This document shows positions 1-5,739 of a stretch of 5,739 nucleotides of DNA, piece by piece. Below the pieces are notes generated by a model. That model made no database searches and was not told the origin of the DNA. It saw nothing but the letters and a program-made list of their open reading frames with translations. This DNA comes from Oikopleura dioica. Its lineage: Eukaryota; Animalia; Chordata. Position numbers and translations under genes: made by a program. The stretch lies in NCBI GenBank assembly GCA_907165135.1, contig CAJRAX010000004.1, positions 1 to 5,739 of the forward strand, given 5' to 3'. Position 1 is the first letter of the stretch. Each line of letters starts with the position of its first letter.

Positions 1-749
1 GAAAATTTGAAAAGAAGAGCGAAATTTTAAAAAAGCACGAAAAAGAGTCTAAATTAAGATCCGGAAGGAAGAATCTTTTTTCTTTGATTCTCTGGTTTTG
101 ACGCGTCTGATTCTAGCAGAATCAGTAGTTTTCTCTTTATAAAGAGCTCTGGGTGAATTCTCTTTTTGTTGGAAAAATAAGCTGATTTAAACAATTTTCG
201 CAAGAGCCACAACTTATCCTAGCTCATTTTGGTGCTCACCAATCAGCGCTCTATTTCGTGAGTCAACTTTACAACTTTCCCACGGTCTCAATTTGAATTT
301 TATGCTATTTTGATTCAAATCTTTAGATTCTTGAACCATTTCCTGATTCTTTTCAAGCTCTGATAGTTTAGACATCGAGAATTCAAAAACACGCTCATTT
401 TAAGGATTACGAAAATCTAATAAACTTAAATATAGTGAGATTTTTAAAGAGGCTTATCTCGAGTGAAGGAAATCTCACAAAGTGATCAGGGGATATTCAA
501 AATGTTAGTGAGTGTCAGAAGAGATGACATTTTGAGAAACTTCATTAGAGATCTCGATATCATAGCGGGTTCGTCAGCAATTTTACCTTCTAGAAATCAA
601 ACTGTTCGTCAGGTGAATTTTCGGGCGACTTAACATCATATGACAAACTTGATATAAGTGCAAATAGAAACGCCAAACGCGCAAGGAAGCTCTGAAGAAA
701 TTGTCAGATAACCAAGTTTCTAAAAGCCTTTTCTCATTCAAAACCAGTC

Positions 750-811
750 AATGCCCCGAGTCAAACAGTAAAAATTCGACAACAAATTGATAAAACTATT
801 TTGATGGACTC
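750..811 (+). repeat. Inverted repeat, internal (left) copy
   Basis: AATGCCCCGAGTCAAACAGTAAAAATTCGACAACAAATTGATAAAACTATTTTGATGGACTC. Its core (759-811) matches the reverse complement of 2218-2269 at 52 of 53 positions (one C indel). The match extends to 750/2278 across three mismatches. Confidence 0.97.
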
Positions 812-1448
812 CATCGCGCTTTGGGATTCCGAGTTACGCTGAGAGTCTAGCCTCCTGGCCACGATTCTTATTGGTCCCTTTTCTATTTTCAGGGCTTCAG
901 TAGGTGGAATGGTTTCGCATTCGTCCAACTTGACGCTTGGGTCCTCAGTCGTGCCCGCTGAGTCTGCTTTTAAAACTTCGTAGGCTCTCCATTGGCTTAA
1001 ATAGATATAGCTTTGATTCGAGGTTACCAGAAATCACGAGAGTCAGTTTCTACTTCTACAATTTAAATCTGCGATGATAGAGAAGTATGAAACCAAACTC
1101 GTTGCTCTATAAACGACAAGTAATTCTTTTCCTGATAGCACCGTAAAAATGATCTGGAAGGCGAGAGAAACTCTGCGAAGTAGATCTCGCTTTTGAAGAG
1201 TCTACCGTCGAACATCGCCTGTAATTCGAAGAAAGCTCATTTGCATCGAGGACATAAGTCTGACAGTCTCGTGGCAATCTTTTGCTCCGCCATTGCAGTG
1301 CGAAATTCTTCTCCAATTTATCTGACTCATTAAGAGCAGAAGTGTTTCTTTAAGTGGATCAAAGCCTATCCTAAATTTGGAAGAGTGTTCAGGGTAGCCC
1401 GTTCTAAAATTCTGAGAGAAGAATCCTTTCCTGGAATTTCCTCATTGA

Positions 1449-2006
1449 GGTTTGGAGTCTTCTTTGGGAATTCTCGGTGGGCGTATTGGATCCGGTCAAA
1501 GCCACTCCCCATTTGAGGCCGAAATTCCAAACTGCCTTGACGAAGAGCCTCCTCGATCATGTCTAAATGAGAGGGTCAGCAAGTCTAGAGCTTCGAGAAG
1601 AAACAGGAATTCCGAATTTCTAAGAAGAGTTTCTCTGAATCTAAAGCCTGAAGCTGGTGGCTCGCTCAGCGCCCGCTGCGCACTTACTAAGTAGAAATCC
1701 CAGAAGCCTTCGAGGCATGTGCCTGAACTGGGATAATTTTATAGTCCGTAGACTTTTAGAAGTGAAATAAGCAGTAGCATCGGTGATAGTCTACCTAGAA
1801 GTCTTTTGAATTCAGCTTGGAATCTTGTGGTAATACTTCTGCTGAAAAAGAGCTCTATTTAAAATTCCTCATTTTAGAGTTTTAGCTGCAAAAGCTAGAA
1901 ACACTTTCAAATGAACCTGCGTAATTCCAGAGGCACCCGCTCAAAAACAGAGTACTCTCAGGCACCTTTGACACCTTCCACTGCCTCCTAGAGAATCCCT
2001 GTCTGA
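1449..2006 (+). CDS. Alternative candidate: 185-codon S/R/P-rich frame open only if TAA/TAG = Gln; extends the 1452-1694 ORF
   Basis: This frame has no TGA between 1449 and 2003, contains seven TAA/TAG codons and ends at TGA 2004-2006. It has no ATG near its start and overlaps the minus-strand candidates. A TGA-free run of this length is within chance expectation. Confidence 0.12.
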
Positions 2007-2167
2007 ATTTTAAAAACTTCCTGCCGCATTCTATTTCTAAAGGCTGCTAATCCCTTGTCTAAATTCATCATGTATCCCTGCCTTACTTCGTTAAAATTCT
2101 CATTTTTGTTTCCAAAAATAATACCAATCTAGCAACCTTCAAAAATCAAGCATTCTGCTTCATTCAT
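1850..2167 (-). CDS. Candidate coding segment, only if TAA/TAG and TGA are read as sense codons; unknown product
   Basis: From ATG at 2165-2167 the frame reads MNEAECLIFEGC*IGIIFGNKNENFNEVRQGYMMNLDKGLAAFRNRMRQEVFKIQTGIL*EAVEGVKGA(TGA)EYSVFERVPLELRRFI(TGA)KCF*LLQLKL*NEEF*IELF (* = TAA/TAG). Composition looks protein-like and the strand is purine-rich. No homology search was run. Confidence 0.25.
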
Positions 2168-2217
2168 TATTCGTTTGTTCTTGTTTTGGAAGTAAAACAA
2201 AGCTTTGCATTATTTCT

Positions 2218-2278
2218 GAGTCCATCAAAATAGTTTTATCAATTTGTTGTCAATTTTTACTGTTTGACTTAAGGCATT
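2218..2278 (-). repeat. Inverted repeat, terminal (right) copy abutting the TTAAAA repeats
   Basis: GAGTCCATCAAAATAGTTTTATCAATTTGTTGTCAATTTTTACTGTTTGACTTAAGGCATT is the reverse complement of 750-811 with one indel and three substitutions. Its last TT is also the start of the first TTAAAA unit. Confidence 0.97.
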
Positions 2279-2324
2279 AAAATTAAAATTAAAATTAAAA
2301 AAACTTTTTAAAACTTAAAATTAA
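2277..2324 (+). repeat. Short proximal (TTAAAA)4 block (2277-2300) followed by degenerate units
   Basis: 2277-2300 is four exact TTAAAA units. 2301-2324 reads AAACTTTTTAAAACTTAAAATTAA (degenerate units), followed by non-repeat sequence to 2359. Confidence 0.9.
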
Positions 2325-2359
2325 CAATTCTCCAGAAACTTCCCCTTGCGCAATTGGCA

Positions 2360-5300
2360 TTAAAATTAAAATTAAAATTAAAATTAAAATTAAAATTAAA
2401 ATTAAAATTAAAATTAAAATTAAAATTAAAATTAAAATTAAAATTAAAATTAAAATTAAAATTAAAATTAAAATTAAAATTTAAAATTAAAATTAAAATT
2501 AAAATTAAAATTAAAATTAAAATTAAAATTAAAATTAAAATTAAAAATTAAAATTAAAATTAAAATTAAAATTAAAATTAAAATTAAAATTAAAAATTAA
2601 AATTAAAATTAAAATTAAAATTAAAATTAAAATTAAAATTAAAATTAAAATTAAAATTAAAATTAAAATTAAAATTAAAATTAAAATTAAAATTAAAATT
2701 AAAATTAAAATTAAAATTAAAATTAAAATTAAAATTAAAATTAAAATTAAAATTAAAATTAAAATTAAAATTAAAATTAAAATTAAAATTAAAATTAAAA
2801 TTAAAATTAAAATTAAAATTAAAATTAAAATTAAAATTAAAATTAAAATTAAAATTAAAATTAAAATTAAAATTAAAATTAAAATTAAAATTAAAATTAA
2901 AATTAAAATTAAAATTAAAATTAAAATTAAAATTAAAATTAAAATTAAAATTAAAATTAAAATTAAAATTAAAATTAAAATTAAAATTAAAATTAAAATT
3001 AAAATTAAAATTAAAATTAAAATTAAAATTAAAATTAAAATTAAAATTAAAATTAAAATTAAAATTAAAATTAAAATTAAAATTAAAATTAAAATTAAAA
3101 TTAAAATTAAAATTAAAATTAAAATTAAAATTAAAATTAAAATTAAAATTAAAATTAAAATTAAAATTAAAATTAAAATTAAAATTAAAATTAAAATTAA
3201 AATTAAAATTAAAATTAAAATTAAAATTAAAATTAAAATTAAAATTAAAATTAAAATTAAAATTAAAATTAAAATTAAAATTAAAAATTAAAATTAAAAT
3301 TAAAATTAAAATTAAAATTAAAATTAAAATTAAAATTAAAATTAAAATTAAAATTAAAATTAAAATTAAAATTAAAATTAAAATTAAAATTAAAATTAAA
3401 ATTAAAATTAAAATTAAAATTAAAATTAAAATTAAAATTAAAATTAAAATTAAAATTAAAATTAAAATTAAAATTAAAATTAAAATTAAAATTAAAATTA
3501 AAATTAAAATTAAAATTAAAATTAAAATTAAAATTAAAATTAAAATTAAAATTAAAATTAAAATTAAAATTAAAATTAAAAATTAAAATTAAAATTAAAA
3601 TTAAAATTAAAATTAAAATTAAAATTAAAATTAAAATTAAAATTAAAATTAAAATTAAAATTAAAATTAAAATTAAAATTAAAATTAAAATTAAAATTAA
3701 AATTAAAATTAAAATTAAAATTAAAATTAAAATTAAAATTAAAATTAAAATTAAAATTAAAATTAAAATTAAAATTAAAAATTAAAATTAAAATTAAAAT
3801 TAAAATTAAAATTAAAATTAAAATTAAAATTAAAATTAAAATTAAAATTAAAATTAAAATTAAAATTAAAATTAAAATTAAAATTAAAATTAAAATTAAA
3901 ATTAAAATTAAAATTAAAATTAAAATTAAAATTAAAATTAAAATTAAAATTAAAATTAAAATTAAAATTAAAATTAAAATTAAAATTAAAATTAAAATTA
4001 AAATTAAAATTAAAATTAAAATTAAAATTAAAATTAAAATTAAAATTAAAATTAAAATTAAAATTAAAATTAAAATTAAAATTAAAATTAAAATTAAAAT
4101 TAAAATTAAAATTAAAATTAAAATTAAAATTAAAATTAAAATTAAAATTAAAATTAAAATTAAAATTAAAATTAAAATTAAAATTAAAATTAAAATTAAA
4201 ATTAAAATTAAAATTAAAATTAAAATTAAAATTAAAATTAAAATTAAAATTAAAATTAAAATTAAAATTAAAATTAAAATTAAAATTAAAATTAAAATTA
4301 AAATTAAAATTAAAATTAAAATTAAAATTAAAATTAAAATTAAAATTAAAATTAAAATTAAAATTAAAATTAAAATTAAAATTAAAATTAAAATTAAAAT
4401 TAAAATTAAAATTAAAATTAAAATTAAAATTAAAATTAAAATTAAAATTAAAATTAAAATTAAAATTAAAATTAAAATTAAAATTAAAATTAAAATTAAA
4501 ATTAAAATTAAAATTAAAATTAAAATTAAAATTAAAATTAAAATTAAAATTAAAATTAAAATTAAAATTAAAATTAAAATTAAAATTAAAATTAAAATTA
4601 AAATTAAAATTAAAATTAAAATTAAAATTAAAATTAAAATTAAAATTAAAATTAAAATTAAAATTAAAATTAAAATTAAAATTAAAATTAAAATTAAAAT
4701 TAAAATTAAAATTAAAATTAAAATTAAAATTAAAATTAAAATTAAAATTAAAATTAAAATTAAAATTAAAATTAAAATTAAAATTAAAATTAAAATTAAA
4801 ATTAAAATTAAAATTAAAATTAAAATTAAAATTAAAATTAAAATTAAAATTAAAATTAAAATTAAAATTAAAATTAAAATTAAAATTAAAATTAAAATTA
4901 AAATTAAAATTAAAATTAAAATTAAAATTAAAATTAAAATTAAAATTAAAATTAAAATTAAAATTAAAATTAAAATTAAAATTAAAATTAAAATTAAAAT
5001 TAAAATTAAAATTAAAATTAAAATTAAAATTAAAATTAAAATTAAAATTAAAATTAAAATTAAAATTAAAATTAAAATTAAAATTAAAATTAAAATTAAA
5101 ATTAAAATTAAAATTAAAATTAAAATTAAAATTAAAATTAAAATTAAAATTAAAATTAAAATTAAAATTAAAATTAAAATTAAAATTAAAATTAAAATTA
5201 AAATTAAAATTAAAAATTAAAATTAAAATTAAAATTAAAATTAAAATTAAAATTAAAATTAAAATTAAAATTAAAATTAAAATTAAAATTAAAATTAAAA

Positions 5301-5739
5301 TTAAAATTAAAATTAAAATTAAAATTAAAATTAAAATTAAAATTAAAATTAAAATTAAAATTAAAATTAAAATTAAAATTAAAATTAAAATTAAAATTAA
5401 AATTAAAATTAAAATTAAAATTAAAATTAAAATTAAAATTAAAATTAAAATTAAAATTAAAATTAAAATTAAAATTAAAATTAAAAATTAAAATTAAAAT
5501 TAAAATTAAAATTAAAATTAAAATTAAAATTAAAATTAAAATTAAAATTAAAATTAAAATTAAAATTAAAATTAAAATTAAAATTAAAATTAAAATTAAA
5601 ATTAAAATTAAAATTAAAATTAAAATTAAAATTAAAATTAAAATTAAAATTAAAATTAAAATTAAAATTAAAATTAAAATTAAAATTAAAATTAAAATTA
5701 AAATTAAAATTAAAATTAAAATTAAAAAATTAAAATTAA
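2360..5739 (+). repeat. (TTAAAA)n hexamer tandem array, ~562 units, running to the window end
   Basis: Read directly: 3380 bp of TTAAAA units with no G or C. Nine units are longer than six bases: an extra T at ~2480, an extra A at ~2541, 2590, 3281, 3576, 3775, 5210 and 5481, and two extra A at ~5722. Longest perfect run is 3782-5209 (238 units). Confidence 0.99.
2360..5739 (+). other. Probable telomere: G-strand (TTAGGG)n basecalled as (TTAAAA)n
   Basis: Terminal, multi-kb, single-orientation hexamer array whose unit equals TTAGGG with GGG->AAA. The TTAGGG->TTAAAA miscall is an established nanopore basecaller error. Telomere identity is inferred, not visible in the sequence. Confidence 0.75.

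Larger units (their letters stand above)
1..2276. other. Unique (putatively subtelomeric) sequence with no identifiable gene in the standard code
   Basis: All six frames are interrupted by stops. No rRNA, tRNA, transposase or CRISPR signature is recognisable by eye. GC varies locally (57% at 901-960, 25% at 2221-2280). Confidence 0.6.

Noticed and set aside
1107-1316. 69-aa minus-strand ORF from the track
   Set aside because: Short, non-ATG start, no recognisable motif, and within chance length for this composition.
944-1678. Short similarity CTCAG..GCCCGCTG at 944-960 and 1665-1678, plus a small CAGC/GCTG hairpin at 1667-1678
   Set aside because: Only an 8-bp exact core and a 4-bp stem, compatible with chance in local GC-rich patches.
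1366-1694. Overlapping antisense ORFs 1366-1560 (-) and 1452-1694 (+) as standalone standard-code genes
   Set aside because: Both are short and mutually overlapping with no recognisable domain. They are kept only as parts of the variant-code hypothesis.
750-2278. Calling the inverted-repeat-bounded segment a DNA transposon
   Set aside because: No target-site duplication can be seen and no DDE/DDD transposase motif is recognisable in any frame, so it is reported only as a hypothesis.
2354-2551. ORF MALKLKLK...IKIKN
   Set aside because: It is a translation of the TTAAAA repeat (LK/IK dipeptides). It starts at a chance TTG and ends because of repeat indels.
2360-5739. Array as a LINE-1 endonuclease (TT/AAAA) or piggyBac (TTAA) target field, or as bent DNA
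   Set aside because: The motif match is real, but no inserted element is present, and a 6-bp period is out of phase with the ~10.5-bp helical repeat needed for macroscopic bending.
1-5739. CRISPR array, rRNA, tRNA or prokaryotic operon
   Set aside because: No repeat-spacer alternation, no recognisable RNA gene motifs and no dense standard-code gene packing.

Overview
The window has two parts. Bases 1-2276 are unique, AT-rich, eukaryote-like sequence with no ORF longer than about 80-90 codons in the standard code and no gene I can recognise. Bases 2360-5739 are an almost perfect (TTAAAA)n array of about 562 units with no G or C, running off the window end. TTAAAA is TTAGGG with every G replaced by A, which is a known nanopore miscall of TTAGGG telomeres. 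The most likely reading is therefore a chromosome end (subtelomere plus telomere) from long-read data; a real G-free terminal repeat is the less likely alternative. The clearest unexplained structure is a ~61-bp inverted repeat: 2218-2278, directly abutting the first TTAAAA units, is the reverse complement of internal 750-811. The repeat also starts twice after the same GGCA, at 2277 and 2360. Several frames look protein-like only if TAA/TAG (and possibly TGA) are read as sense codons, but that evidence is weak and the strand is ambiguous.
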